The position numbers and the translations under genes are program-made. A stretch of 64,000 nucleotides of DNA. It comes from the human T2T-CHM13v2.0 reference genome, Homo sapiens. Under the pieces are notes generated by a model, which was given only the letters and a program-made list of their open reading frames with translations, was not told where the DNA came from and made no database searches. Shown here piece after piece: positions 41,940-56,590 of the stretch; the stretch's first letter is position 1; each line of letters opens with the position of its first letter. The stretch lies in the NCBI RefSeq assembly GCF_009914755.1, contig NC_060930.1, one strand, 5' to 3'.

Positions 41940-42796
41940 GCCAGGGTGCCTTTTCCTACTCTCATGCAGCCAACACAACACTTCTGACCCCAGAGGTGTG
42001 AGGGTTTTCTCCCTTCACTAACCAAGGAATTCTCCAAGTGGACATCAGATGAGTGTTCCACAATTCAATTCAATTCGAATCTGACACGATCTACCTGGAG
42101 ATAGTATCAGATTCCACAGGTTGAGGGCTCAATCTCACAAGCCTGTCTCCCACTTCAGATGACAGTTGCAAGCCTCAGGCTGTGGCTTGGTTTCTGATTG
42201 ACCGGCTATAAACTGGGGTTTTCATGACCTCCTCCTTGGGTTCAGTTAGTTTGCTAGAGTTGCTCACAGGACTCAGGGAAACACTTTACTTATGTTTGCA
42301 GTTTATTGTAAAGGATATTACAAAGGATATAAATGAATAGGCAGATGGAAGAGATGCCTAGGGCAAGGTGTTTGGGAAGGGTTGCTGAGCTTCCATGCCC
42401 TCTCTAGGCACACCACCCTCTTGGAACCTCCATGTATTCAGCTATCTGGAAGCTCTCTAAACCCAGTCCTTTTGGATTTTTAGGGAAGATTAATTAGGTA
42501 GGCCTGGTTGATTAAGTCATTGACCATTGTTGTCAATCACCTTAACCTTCAGTCCTTTACCCTTCCCCAGGATTTGGGGGATGGGACTATATATTCCAAC
42601 TCTTTAATCAAGCCTTGGTCTTCTGGTGGCCAGCGATCATTCTGAGGTTATCTAGGGCCTCTCAGCAACCAGTCATCCCATAACATACAAAAGACACTCT
42701 TACCACTCCTGAGATTCCAAGCATTTTAGAAGTTGTGTGACAGGAAACTGGATGAAGATCAAATATATAAATCTTATTATAAATCACAATATCACA
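41940..42796 (-). mobile_element. MER21-family solo LTR
   Basis: Reverse complement starts TGTGATATTGTGATTTATAATAAG; plus strand has CAATTCAATT..ATCTACCTGGAGATAG..CACAGGTTGAGGGCTCA. Confidence 0.85.
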
Positions 42797-45328
42797 CATA
42801 TATGGACCCCAAAACTGTTGGGGATAATGAAGTTGGTTTAAATGTGCAGACAGCAAAAAGGTTGTCAAAATCTTGCCTAGCTTAGGGAAACTGACAGAGT
42901 AGATTTCTTGGCAGTATCTTTGTGGTTGTTAGATTCTCAATGTCAAATATCTTTCCTTTATACCTCTATGTTTCTTTAACATTTTCTTTAAATTTGCACA
43001 ATTTAGAAATTTCAACAAATTAGAAAAGCAATTTATGCTACGAAGGAATCTTTTCTTAAAAATTAGAGTACTCTTCAGTATTTTAAACTTTCTTAAATCT
43101 ATATTCATATGTTAGCATGATTTTGTTTAAAATACCCAGCAGACATCAGCCATGCTGGATTGATTAAGATAAGCAGTTGATAAAAATTGGAGCTCCGAGC
43201 AGGCCTGGATAGATTGCTGTCATGAGAAGATTTGGTGAGCAAAAACAAGAGTACTGAATGTCTATATAGCGAACACCAGGATGCTGAGGGCGTTACTCAA
43301 TTTGTCCCTCCTTTTTCTTTATTAATATTCCCAGCTTCCTGTATATGCCTCAGCACACTGAGTTCAAATTAGCCTATAACAAAGAATAGGGAATTGAAAT
43401 AAACATACATGAAGCCCTTATATTTCATGGAAAGGAATGACAATTGGATCATGTACTCAAAATCTTATGTTTCCTATAATCTTATGTATCCTGCACAAAA
43501 ATGCTCATATATGAGAAATACGGGGTTTACTTGTATTTGTGAGCCAAATTTACCTGGTATGATACTTAACAATTGCAAATACTGTACAGTTTCTTACTGG
43601 AACTATGCATTTTTGATTTCTTAATAATATACAAATAAACTTTTGAAAGGGCAACTATTTAATACTGCCTATAGCTGCATTTTATCAGTTATTTGCAAAA
43701 TTTAATCAAGCACCTTGTGTCATAATTTCCTTGGAGAAACTTCTATATCTCAGGGTGCAATAGTATTGTCTTTGTGTCACACACTCAACATTTGCTTTTT
43801 TCATAGTCTCTCTACCCTTTAAAACTCAAGTTAGAACAAGCAAATAAACAAACACACCCTCTCCTCTCCTCTTCACAATCCCAGAATACCATCCATAGCT
43901 AGTTTATAACTTTTTGAAATGGTAATCAGCAACTATACCTGTGCATAACATCTGCTGGGAATTTATATCTATTTAATTCACCAACCAGGTAATAAAATAT
44001 CCTGGGTGCAATTTTCCCTAGAACTATGGTATATGGACTCAAATTGAAGCAGACATAAAAAAGTATGCTACTTGTTTCCTTGGCAGACTTTTCAAGAAAT
44101 CACAGAAAACTAAAAACTGAAAAACTCTATAAAGAGTAGCCTTTGCTTCAAGATTGGTGTCTTTTATTAGGATGAATGTTTAATTATGAGCTTCCTTTAA
44201 TTTCAAAAATGCAATATCTTTATCTGTTAAACCCATGAGAGGTAAATAGATAACTAATTTTCTAATATCCTTTTATAGAAAAAAATTAAAACCACAGACT
44301 AGATTAGAAACTGGGATATAATTTCCCAGACTTTCATACGCAAAGCTTTATAAAGCTTGCCTAAATCTTGAAGACATAAGTGGTTTGAGAATCATATCTC
44401 TATCCATATTTCATAAGAAAGGGGAAAAAAGGTATTTAGTTCTTTGGAAGGTAATGAGAGTCTATCATTTAGTTGAGCAAAACAGCTTTCATTCTCCCCC
44501 TTACTCTTAATAACATACCTTGGTATTTAATTAATTAAATATCTTGAAGTAGCAGAGTCCAAAGGCTCACCTGTCTTCATTGTGTGAGGATGGAAATAGT
44601 GAATGAGTTAAACATCCATTGGACAAGTGAAGATTTAAGCATTGTGCATTTCCACCCTCTGTAGTATATTACATGGACAGAGCTAGGTGGTGTGTGTTCC
44701 TGTAGACTTGGTTGGTTAACCTCCAGAAGTAGGCAGGAAGCACCCACAGAATGATGAGACAGGAATATATAATTTCAGGCTACAAAGACAAGAAGTCAAA
44801 GACAGCCTGAGGCGAGACTCTTGGCAAGCCAAAAGAAAACATGATTTTCCTGAAAGGCTGTAGGCAGCTCCCTCCCCTCCTCATCACTCTCACTTCTGCA
44901 CCCTCCAATCTCAGTTCTGTCTGCATATCCTACAAGCTCATTTAGTTGGCTTTTTGCTCACATGTAATTCATTTTCAGGGCTGTAATCTTGAAATCTACC
45001 CTTTTAGTCTGGTCCTTCATGACCAGGCTGCTGCCTACTCTACCAGTCTATTTGGAGCAAAACTTCCTAGCTCTCTACTCTCTAGTCAGCTTTCCTGTAA
45101 AGAGCCCAACAGTTCTGCCTTGAATGCTCTTTCTTTCCCTTTTCTGCTGAATTCCTGTCAACTTTTGGACCCATCTCAAATGGAACCTCTCCAAGGAGAC
45201 TTCCTTGATGTCCTGGACTAGGTCTCATCTCAAAGTGAAGTCCATTCTTTACTCTCCATCCCAAACCCACCCTACACCACTTTGTAGCACATACAATTTT
45301 AACAAATAATTGGCTGTGCAAGTATTTA

Positions 45329-45634
<306 letters not shown>

Positions 45635-46267
45635 TTATACCATTTTAAATAAGATATGCTATTGAGAATTCACTGATAAATTCATATTTGCCTATGTAAT
45701 ATTACATTTATAATTATAATATATATTATTGTAATATTTTTAATATGAAGTATGTCCAAAAAGCCTTTTTAAAACCCATTTGTTGCTCAATGTGATGGTT
45801 CAAAGGCCTTTGCAATCCTTACTTTTCAATGTGGAATGAGAGTATATAATTGGAATTTAGAGATAGCTCAGAGAGATACATCCTTGTACTTTCTGATAAA
45901 CCAGGATGAATAATTTAGGTCCTTGTTGTGGAGAACTATTTCGTGAATGTTGATTTTGCCATTATCAGCTTTGTCAGCTACAAGAATCTCGCCACACACT
46001 GGGGTGTCCTCAATCTTGGCCGCTGTTTATCAGTGGTGTGGTGATGCATAGGAGAACTAAACTGAATGTTTAGGGCAGAGACAGAACTGACTGGGATGGG
46101 ACACCGGACACGTCTACTGCAGAAGGCGAACGATGGGCATGAAACAGGTCACTAAAGTAAACACACACAATTACAACTGCATTTTGTTTGGAAATTTTCA
46201 TGTAGACTTTTCTGTCATTTTCCTCCAGATATAACTTGGCTTACCTTTGTACTCCTAAATGAGGTAA

Positions 46268-46673
<406 letters not shown>

Positions 46674-48914
46674 TGATTGGTTTCATAGGAGCTTAGGTCC
46701 TATGAAAATATTGTTATGCTTCATTAAAAAGTATGTATTTCATTTTTAGGATATAGAAGGGCAAAGTAGGTCTGAGGGCATACAGAGCTATCCTTAAGTT
46801 TAACACTGCCTTTTTGGATGTATCTCAGTATACAGCATTTAATTTCTAGGTGATTCCAGTATAATGAAGAGTTTACTTCTGGACAATTATTCAATTGTTT
46901 TTGATAAAACTTATTGATTCTCTAATCGATACTAACAGAAGTAATTTGCTCCAATGAGTTGCTTACTAAAATATAGGGAGTGGCTATACCGGATAAATGA
47001 AGGTCATCTTTAGCTATTTCTTAATAATAAAAAGAAAGATAAACAAAAATATGAAAGGCCAAGTACCAAGAATTCCCTTTGCCTGAAACATCTGAGTCAC
47101 AATAATATATTTTGAGTATTTCTATTTAGGAGCAAGGCTACCTGAAATCTGACTAAAAGTCATGAGCTTCATTTCATAAATCACATATCAAAAGCTGCAT
47201 GTACATCGCAGTAATCCTTTCATAAAATGACAGACAATGTAGCATGTTCCTTTGAACCTTTTCACCTTATTTTTTTTTGGATAACACAAATGAAAAACTA
47301 ATGATATTGCCTTGATGAAGACACTGCTTGACAAACGCACAGTGCTCCAAACACATTTGAATTCTTTTTTCTTTAATTATGGCAACATTCCTTACCCAGC
47401 TCGTTTAATCTGTAGTGCAAATCTTGTTTTTGTTAACACTCAACTAGGCAATTATTAAACTTTTCATTCCATGGTTTATAACTACTTTACAGAGTCACTA
47501 ACCAGATTATCATTTAGTAGGATGAGAAAGTCGGTTCTGCATATTTCAGATTACATTATCTTTAAAATAAATTATTCAGATGATCACTGATTGTTTAATT
47601 ATGCAGACTTGGCCAAAATGTTACCCCTTTAAATGAAAATGCAACCAACACAGGAAAGTAAAGTTAATTGCACATAGGAAGTTTCTTTTTGTTTATTTCT
47701 GCTGAAAAATAACCTTGGTGGATTCTGTTACTTGAGATTCAGTTAAACTTTCAAATCAAACTTAGGTTTGTATCAGCAAAACATCTCCCTATAGGCTAAT
47801 TGCATATATTGTAAGGCGACTTGATCTTTTTTCATTCTTTAAATTACAACTCATTTATTTAAAGAAATACTTGTCAAAAGAAAGCTTTAAGTAGTGAGTT
47901 AAAAAAGCAGTGTTAAATAATTAAATTGACTGTGATAAAATTGCCTTAGTTTAAATAGACTAGTCTATTTAATGAATTGTGCTTTTATAGGGTGAGATAA
48001 ATCTATGTGAACTCAAGTGGTTCCACCAGAAGCACTGAATTTGGACAGATTAGGAGAAAGTCAAGAAGAGGCATTTATAATAATGCAGTTATATTTTATT
48101 TTATTAAAATTACACCCAGTTATGAAACTGTTTTCTGCCAGGTTAATAATAAACTTAAAATATTATCAAGAACCTTACACATATTGAACAATTCAGATCC
48201 CCTGAAGAGGAAGTAACTATATTTGTTCTTTTTCTCAAGTAGAAATCATAACTTGAGGCTTAATTAGAAACACAGCATTTAATTTCCAATTTTTAGGAAA
48301 AGATTCAACTTACGAACCTTCAACATTGGATGAAATTATTTTGGCAGTGAGACTGCAGCAGGAAATTAATTTCATATTTTAAAGTAAATTTGGCAGGTTT
48401 ACTTTCCTGTTTAGTGTTGAAAAGGGTTTTTATAACATACTATTAAGCTTCCATGGGGGTCCGCCTGTGTAGCAATACTTGGTTATCACTTCAAAAGGGA
48501 AACTTAGCTGGAACGTTTTTGTAGCTCTTGATTACACTTCTTGTGTTGTTAAGTGTTGAAATACATTTTATGTGCTTAAAAACAGAGAAGCAACTTGAGA
48601 CAGAAAAAAAAAAAAACGAAGACAAGTACAAACACAAGGATCTGTTCTCATCAAAAAAGAATCACAGACTAAGACTGTGGATCATGTAGAAGGTTGGCAG
48701 TCATTTTCACATTGGTTGAATAGTGAAAACCAAATTCTTTGTTACATAGGTCAAGGCTGAAAGAAAGAAGTAGAAGATAATATCAGTTCGCACATACCAA
48801 TGGACCATTCCACTGTTTAAGAGTTGTCTCTTCTTTTGATCTGACCCATGAAATTCCTATTTTAGTACTTACTATCTGAGAAGTAGCTTCTTAACTTAAG
48901 GCAAAATTCTTTTC

Positions 48915-48915
<1 letters not shown>

Positions 48916-48945
<30 letters not shown>
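48916..48945. repeat. (AC)15 microsatellite
   Basis: Seen directly. Confidence 0.97.
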
Positions 48946-48948
<3 letters not shown>

Positions 48949-49269
48949 GACTTCCTGCTTGGTATTTTATGTTCTTACTTTGAGGAGCTTCTAATGGTTA
49001 CAGCGAAAAAATAGGAAATCAAATTCAAGTTCAAAATATGTAACAGAGATATTTAAATCCTGATTTTAAAGTAATGATTAGTTTATCTTAGCAAGAAAAT
49101 GGAATGTGGATATAAACTGAATAATTCCAGGACCTTCCTAATCCTGATGTTATTTAGTATTAGAATATTTCAATTAGACTTTTTTGGCAACTAAGCTTTT
49201 TCTTATTATAAAAGTTACACATGCTTGCTGTAGAAACTTAGAAGAGAAAAAAGTAAATAATACCCATAA

Positions 49270-49760
49270 CTTCATTCATTCAGCAACAATTTATTGGATG
49301 CCTAATAGATGAAATACACATTTCATACCTTTATGGAGTTTTTGGTCTATTAGAGATAACAGATACTAAACAGATTGCCACAAAATGACTAAATGATTAA
49401 AATAGATTTAAACGCTGTGAAAACTGGGTCCAGAGTTCTTTGAGGATATCTAATAATGGACTTATTCTAAACTGGGGATTGGGTTGGGCTCCTGTGAGGA
49501 TGTGTTTTAATGTGAGGTCTGAAGGAGAGTCAGGGAGAGGCGGTAGGGATGGTGAATGGAAGAATAACATTCTGGTTGGAAGGAACTGCAAATGGCCAGG
49601 CCCCAAGGCTGCAAGACCACTGGTACATTTCAGGAACAGAGCACAAATGAGTGGACAGTAGTGAGCAGAAAGGAAAGTGGCTAATAATAAGTTGGAATGA
49701 GAGGAACTAGATAGTCATATGGGATGTTTAATATAGGAAGGAGCTCATGCTGTATTCTAA
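49270..49760 (-). mobile_element. L2 fragment
   Basis: TTCATTCATTCAGCAAC..TTTATTGGATGCCTA; GAAGGAACTGCAAATG..AGGCCCCAAGG. Confidence 0.7.
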
Positions 49761-49879
49761 GAACAAACAGAAATAAAGAATTCTAACATTTTCTATCAAC
49801 TAGGTTCCTCTTGCTTGTTCTTTTTCAATGTTTTAAGAAGATCAGATGTTAAATGCTATGTGAGGATCAGACTATGTGA

Positions 49880-50230
49880 GAAGATGATTTTTTCATATAC
49901 TTAGTAATGCATCATTCTATATTTATTAAATGTTTTTCCACAACATTTTTTTTTGTGGTTAATTTCATTACATAGATTTTTTATAGTTTACTTAGCCACA
50001 CTCTTATTTTGTACCTTTGGATTTTTTAAAAAAGCTATAATTACCAATGATGTGATGGACATCTCCTTATAGACAAATATTTTCAACATCCATGATTGTT
50101 TCCTTAGGAAAAATTCACACAGCACAGACAGGATCTCTCTGATAGAGAGATAAGGTTATTTGCAAGCTTTTAGTATGCATAGCCAAATTGCCTTCCAGAA
50201 AGGCTGGTACAATTATTTCCATGGTAGTGT
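49880..50230 (-). mobile_element. L1ME4-like fragment
   Basis: ATGATTGTTTCCTTAGGA..GCCAAATTGCCTTCCAGAAAGG. Confidence 0.6.
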
Positions 50231-53009
50231 AGAAGACCATCTGTAATAAATCCAGTTTTTGAGCCTAAATTACAGAGATAATGGGGGGCGAGGGGAGAAT
50301 TTCAGATTCTAAAATATGACCTTGAATAGTTATTGACAAAACTGAAATCTACTTAAAGATTCTTATTTGATGATGGAATTTGAGCCATGTGACTGGAAAT
50401 CTATAAAATTTCTGTCTTCCTATTTGGTTTTAAATTAATAATGACATTGTTTCCCTATGATATCATTGTGCAATGATCATGAAAATGTATTGTCAGCTTC
50501 AAGGTTTATGGGTAATGTGTAGTTTTCAAAATTTGTATAGAGAGTTAAAAAAATGAATGTACATAGTAAAGAGACAATATAGTGACTCTAAAACTTAAAA
50601 TTTGAATTTGGGGCAAATTATTGAAATTAACAATCATCTTTGAGACTGTGTCTAGACACACAAAAGATAGTAGAAATAAATGCAAAAACAAAAGGGTGTC
50701 AAGATAAATGAGAACAATGTCTTTAACTCAGTATGATTAAATCTAGTCTCAAATGTTCCAAAGCTATTTTTAAGCAATTGTTTTAAATTTGCAACACTAG
50801 GACTGATAGGCTATCACTGGATGTTTTTCTCACTAATCTCAGCTCTGACTCTTGGCAATGTACCCCAGCTTTGATATGCCGCTGGCTCTTTGGCTTCTAG
50901 TTCCAAATACTATTCTCTCTAGCTTTTACTCATTGCTTTCCTTAATGGATTTTGGCTTCTCTTGACTTTCTGGATTTTCTTACTTTGGATGACCTCTGAT
51001 GGGCAGACCCCTCTTCCCCAAATGCTCCGTCTCACCCTGCTATGGCTCCTTGGAAGACATGGCCCTGGCAGTCATTGCTGGGACAGCCTTGGCTATACCA
51101 TCCTTGAGTTGGGGCAGATATTTGGAAAATTAAAGTATATAGTTTCTTAAAGGGTTCACATAATTATTGAAATTTCCTAGTAAATCATCACATATTTATG
51201 GTAATTTTCTTCTGTGCAAATTGGGCAAAAAAATTAATAAAAGGCACCCTTCCTATCTCTCAAACATGTAAATCTATGGGTATAATGAGGTGCAACTTTG
51301 ATCTAATGAATTCATGTTTTACTTGAATCACTAAATGGAGATGTAGTATTTTATAATGCAATTATCCTGAGAGTAGATATACACATTGCAATGATGCAAC
51401 CATTCTTCCAACTGTATATAGAATTCCTCTTTTTGGAGAAACGGGAGTAGGCGTGGTAAACTTTGTGAAATGTGAGCTCTATTCCCTACTGTTGCCTCTT
51501 TCTCTTATAATTATGCTGACTTGTGTGCTGCTGCCATGCATAATTTAGTGCTAAATTAAGTGGCTAATTCAGCAAAGGCTCCAGGAGTTCAAGGAAGGAA
51601 GGGTGCTCAATGTGTGTTTGAGCAGTCAAGGAAATTTTCTTAGAGAAGATGGGCCTTGAAAAATAAATATTATTTAAGTAAGTGGAAAGAAGAAGTCAGG
51701 GTTCCGATGAAGAAAATCATTTCGGCAAAATGAAAGAAATGAGGTTTTTCAGAGTTGCTATATTTTGTGCTATGATGATTGACAAAGTGTACTTTTCTAC
51801 ATACATTAAATTAATACATGCAACTGACCCACCTTTGTTGAGCTATTTACTTTTTAACTGTATTTTTAAATAATGATAGTGCTTTTACTTTCTCAGCCTT
51901 TTTTATTCTAGGAACATGTGAGGCTCATATTGAAAAATTATTTTTTCTATGCTAAGCAAATTAAATGGAGCAAATAGTTATATAATTTTCCCATTTCTTC
52001 AACTTTTTGGTTTTCTTGTTTGCTTTCTCTTTCCTCTCCCTTGCATATTTACAATCAAATATTTATCAACTTTTGTTGAACTTTCTTCTTCTATTTTATT
52101 TCATGTTTTTCTTATTTAGGATCCAACGACTTCAAATATGGAATATGATAATCCTTTTTCAACTGATCTATCTGATACCATCTCACCTCCTTCCAGTTCA
52201 TGCTAGGCATCACAGTAATTAACATATTTTTAAAATACTGCTTTTATTTTATGTCACCTCCCTGACCAAAATTCCTGTATTCGTTTTCTACGACCTGAAA
52301 GGTGGAGTAGCCCAAATGCATCTCCCACTAGTGCTCTCCAAGATTCTTCTGACCCAAATATTGTTCATCAAAAGCTCGCTGGTAAAATTACATTATTTTT
52401 GGCCCCATTCCCCAAGGTGAATTACTTCTACATCTCTCTTTTCAGTTCATCATGCCCAGTTCAAAATTTACCCCTTTCCTCAATAAACTAAGAGTGCTGT
52501 GTAGATCCTGCATCTTGGTTGACTCCTTTTGTGATTAATCTTTTTCACAGGACCCTCTTCCATTATTTTTAAAGTTGAATAAAAAACTCCTGTGGCACAT
52601 ACAATCTATCTTGTATTGTTACTTAAACTTCTTCATATATTTGGTTGTTTCAACTAAAAGATAACCTCTTTGAAGACAGAGACTCTAGTTCTAGTCAAGA
52701 ATGGTGTTTTTCCACATTGTAGTACTTATTTATGACATTCATGACATCAGTGGTGATAAACATCTCTACATGACTACAGTCTTAAGAAAAATTAAACCAT
52801 TGGTAAAGAAATTAGGAAGCCCTACTCTGTACTCTGTTTCTTAGGCACCCCTTAAAGGTCTTGTGCTTTAGGAAAAAAAAAGGAGGAGGGTGAGAAGGGG
52901 CATCTACTTTGTATACTCTAGATGGCTAAATTGTCAGCATTTCTTGGGGAAGTCCAAACTGTTTAACTGTTGTCATCCATCCTCATTTCTTCAGTGGCAT
53001 TTCAGAAGT

Positions 53010-53240
53010 TAATAACAAAAACTACCACTAACACCCCATGGTCTCAATGTGCCAGGCTTTATACCTCGTGTTTTGCATGCATTATCTCATTTAGTATTCA
53101 TGCTCTGCCTGTAAGACAGACATTATTGTCCTTTTGCTGAGGAGGAACTGGAAACTTTTAGACCGATATCACCCAGTAAGTCCACAGTAAGGCTAAGATT
53201 TTTAACTCAGTTTGGAGCTGGGTTAAACACTTTTATACCT
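53010..53240 (-). mobile_element. MIR SINE
   Basis: ATGTGCCAGGC..TTTGCATGCATTATCTCATTTA..GAGGAGGAACTG. Confidence 0.65.
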
Positions 53241-53821
53241 TCCTCAGATTTCCTCAAATTTCTGTTATCAAGTGGATTCCTAAATAACCCAACGTAGAAT
53301 CCAAGAATTTCTAAAAAGCTGTGTGAGGGAGTATAATGTGGATGATAAGCAGAAAGAGAAGGATGAAAGAATTGTTTTCCTTTTAAGAGGAAGCATCATT
53401 CCTTGATTACAGAAGGTGCTAGGAGGTAGATGAAAAAGCAAGGTAAGTATTTGTTCTGACCCAGTGAAAGATTGAAAGGTAACAGGGCTTTTATGGGTAG
53501 ACATGACATTTGCTGGTTCTTGATCTCCTAGTTCCAAAAAGAAATAGTTATTAGTTTCCTGCTCCTAGCCACAAGATTATTGATTTCTATGAAAGATATG
53601 AGAAGACCCTGGGAATGGAATGCAGGAGATTAGAAATGGAACCATATGAAAGGATGAGCCATTTTGGAAAACTGATAAAACCAAAAGATTTTTATTATCC
53701 TGCTTCTTCTTATTCTGTTACTATGAACTTTTTTCCCCCCTGTAAAGGAATCTATCTTCCCAAGTGGGAAAAAATAATTTTTAAAAAGATAAGCCTGAAA
53801 AAATTAATTTAAACTTAGCCA

Positions 53822-53965
53822 TGTTAGGGTAGCATTAAGGCACTCCCGGGTACATTTTATTGGTCCATTAATATAGGGCCCGAGTGGTTGAATACACCTA
53901 AGGCATGTACTGTATTAATGAACCAATAAAACATGCCCTGGAGTGTCTTAATGATATATTACAAC
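53822..53965. mobile_element. Ancient palindromic element, MER135-like
   Basis: 47-bp inverted arms 53830-53876 and 53910-53956 (39/47 complementary) around CCCGAGTGGTTGAATACAC; the hairpin is certain, the family name is from recall. Confidence 0.7.
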
Positions 53966-54599
53966 CATTTCTATTACATACATAAATGCACTATTTGCTG
54001 GCTGTCTTGCATAGTTTTAAAGAAAATCTTCAATTAACCAAAAATATTGCATCAAGAACTCTTACCCACAATAAAAGAGAGCAACAAAGAATCCTGTAAT
54101 TAACTTACCGGGCTAGTTACTCATGAGGTGATTCTGGATTGATTTAATCTTTGGTGCTTTTTCACTGTAAATACTTTGGAAGAACTGGTTATTTGGATTT
54201 AAAATTGGATACTTTCAGGAAAAGAAACAGATGAAAGCTGACAGAATTCATACTGATCTCCTTCCTTACTTACAATATCCAACTGTGGTTGGTGATTATA
54301 ACATTAAATAGGTATTAATGACTGGATTCAAATAGTAACTCTCTATGCCTACATTAGAATGATATATTTTAGGCATGTGGGGACATTTTCTACAGTGGTA
54401 AGGAATGCCACACACTCATGTATGCAAGGGTTGAGACCAACACTTGGGATCTTGTAAAAATGTCTTCTCCTAACCAACATTGTGTTCCACTTTTATTAAT
54501 AAACTCAGGGTTGACCCTGCTGTCTTTTGACTGGAGTCATATAAATTGATGCATTGCTATGAGTAGGAGAAGCTGGAGGACCGCATGGAGAGAGGAGAG

Positions 54600-54820
54600 A
54601 TAATGATGACAATAGATATCATTTATTGAATGATTATTATACATCATACAATGCTCTAATTATTTTTACATTTATTATCTCCTTTAATCTTTGCAACAAC
54701 CCTATGAGGGAGATACTATTATACTTGTTTTGTAGATGAGGTATCCAAGGTAAAAGTAGAAACTTTTCCAAAGTGGTGGACTTTGGGATTGAATGCACTC
54801 TCTGAATCCAAAGCCTATAC
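54600..54820 (-). mobile_element. MIRb-like SINE
   Basis: CATTTATTGAATG..TTTAATCTTTGCAACAACCCTATGAGG..TTTGTAGATGAGG. Confidence 0.8.
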
Positions 54821-56364
54821 TCAAGTGGGTAAAGCTTGGGATGACCAGTATGAGAAAAGCAGAGAGAACCATTAGGTTTATCCTCTAAATAGGGAAGAAG
54901 TCCTTTCTAAACTCTATCTACCAACATATTGCATTGTATATTTTATTCTTCCCCTCCACCTCCTCCTTACAGAGGCACATAAATAGAGGAGAGACAGAGA
55001 TAGTGGACATGAAGGGTCCTCATAGCAGAGTCTTAAAAGATGCAAAGTGACTTCCATGAAGCAATGATCTAAGACCCAATGAGAGTGGGCACATGGCGAT
55101 ATGGTTAGATACCAACGGCCAGAAACAGGAAAAATTTGAATGCCTTATCATCTGATCATGGGGAGAGAAGATGACATCCTCCCATTCTCACTGAGGATGG
55201 CACCTCAGTGGCACCACATAGACTCCTTGAAACTAAGGTGACAGCCCTTGGATAATGAGTGAGTAGAGAATATCGTCAAGCTAGTCACAGACTGAGGAAA
55301 TACTGCACTGACTGATTAACCCTAAATTTGACTACTGAATAGAATGGAGGCTCAAGACAGAAATGAATTGTAAAAAAAGATAAAGTAAAAATTATTTGTA
55401 CACACGTTTGAAACCTGAGATTTATGTCCTGAGTTGTTTTATTCATAAACTGTTTAATTGTTACAGATTTGCATCCTAAGAGAACCTGACCATGAAATGT
55501 TTACAAAGGCTATTGAAGTGACAGCAGTTATTGTTGGTTTTAGGGTCATAAGTTAGGTGTCAAATCATAAAAAACTGGCCTTTTTGAGGAATTGCATTTT
55601 ATTTTGATTTTTTCTTCAAGATCTATAACATAGTAGGAAATTCATTATTTTGTAAACTTATTCTGTACCAATTTCTCCAGCTGAATTTTACAAGCCTAGA
55701 AAACAGTTGCTGAAAGGTCTTTGATGCCTCCACTTGATTTTTACTCATGTTTTATATTTGCCGTGCACATTTTGTAGTCAATGATACAATTCATTTTGGC
55801 TTTATTTACTGAAGGGCTTGGCCCTGATGTTGAAAGTCATACTGCAATATTGTTTACTCAACCTTTAGAAGGCAGGAAAGTTGTTAAACATAAGCCCTAG
55901 TGCATTTTTAAAATTCTGATAAAACACAATTTTACCACAATATCTTTAAAAATCTCACATACACTATTTACAAATAACTTTCCCTTCTTTATTTCAGTTA
56001 TTTTTTAAGACCATTAGGTTGGTGTTGTTTATGGCAAAGTGGTAATTTAATACCAGATAGTAAATTCATTATGTGATTTCAGTGGGCAGACAATTACATC
56101 ATGCAATTTCTCTGTGTCTCTTAAGTGACTCATCTGCTGGCTTATGTTCAATGTAGGAACCAGGTCATCAGCTCTTCTGTAAAGCTGACCAAGCAAGTCA
56201 TCACAATGTGATGTAAATAAATATATATAAATAAACCAGCACCAACATGTGAGGGGTACTAGTGATGGCTGGACATTTGCAGTGAGTAATTTAGTGGACA
56301 TATGATTCTACTGCTCTTAAAAAAAAATTAATGCTGCTTTTGCTGGTGAAGGCATCTTTGCTGA

Positions 56365-56590
56365 CTATAATAACAGCAACCTAAATGTGTATAGTGCTTT
56401 AACAATTTTTGAAGCACTTTCGCAGGTGATATTATCATGTGGAATATTTCCCCACAATCTTGTGACACAATTGTGAATCATATTGTCCTCATTTTCAGAT
56501 AAGGAATTGTTACCCAGAGAATTTAAGTGTTTCTCTTGAAGCAATTGCTAAATGGCACAGTGCATTAGAACCAGGTCTTCTTGGAATCAT
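56365..56590 (-). mobile_element. MIRc-like SINE
   Basis: TATAGTGCTTTAACAATTTT..AGCACTTTC..CATTTTCAGATAAGGAA..AGAACCAGGTCTTC. Confidence 0.7.
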
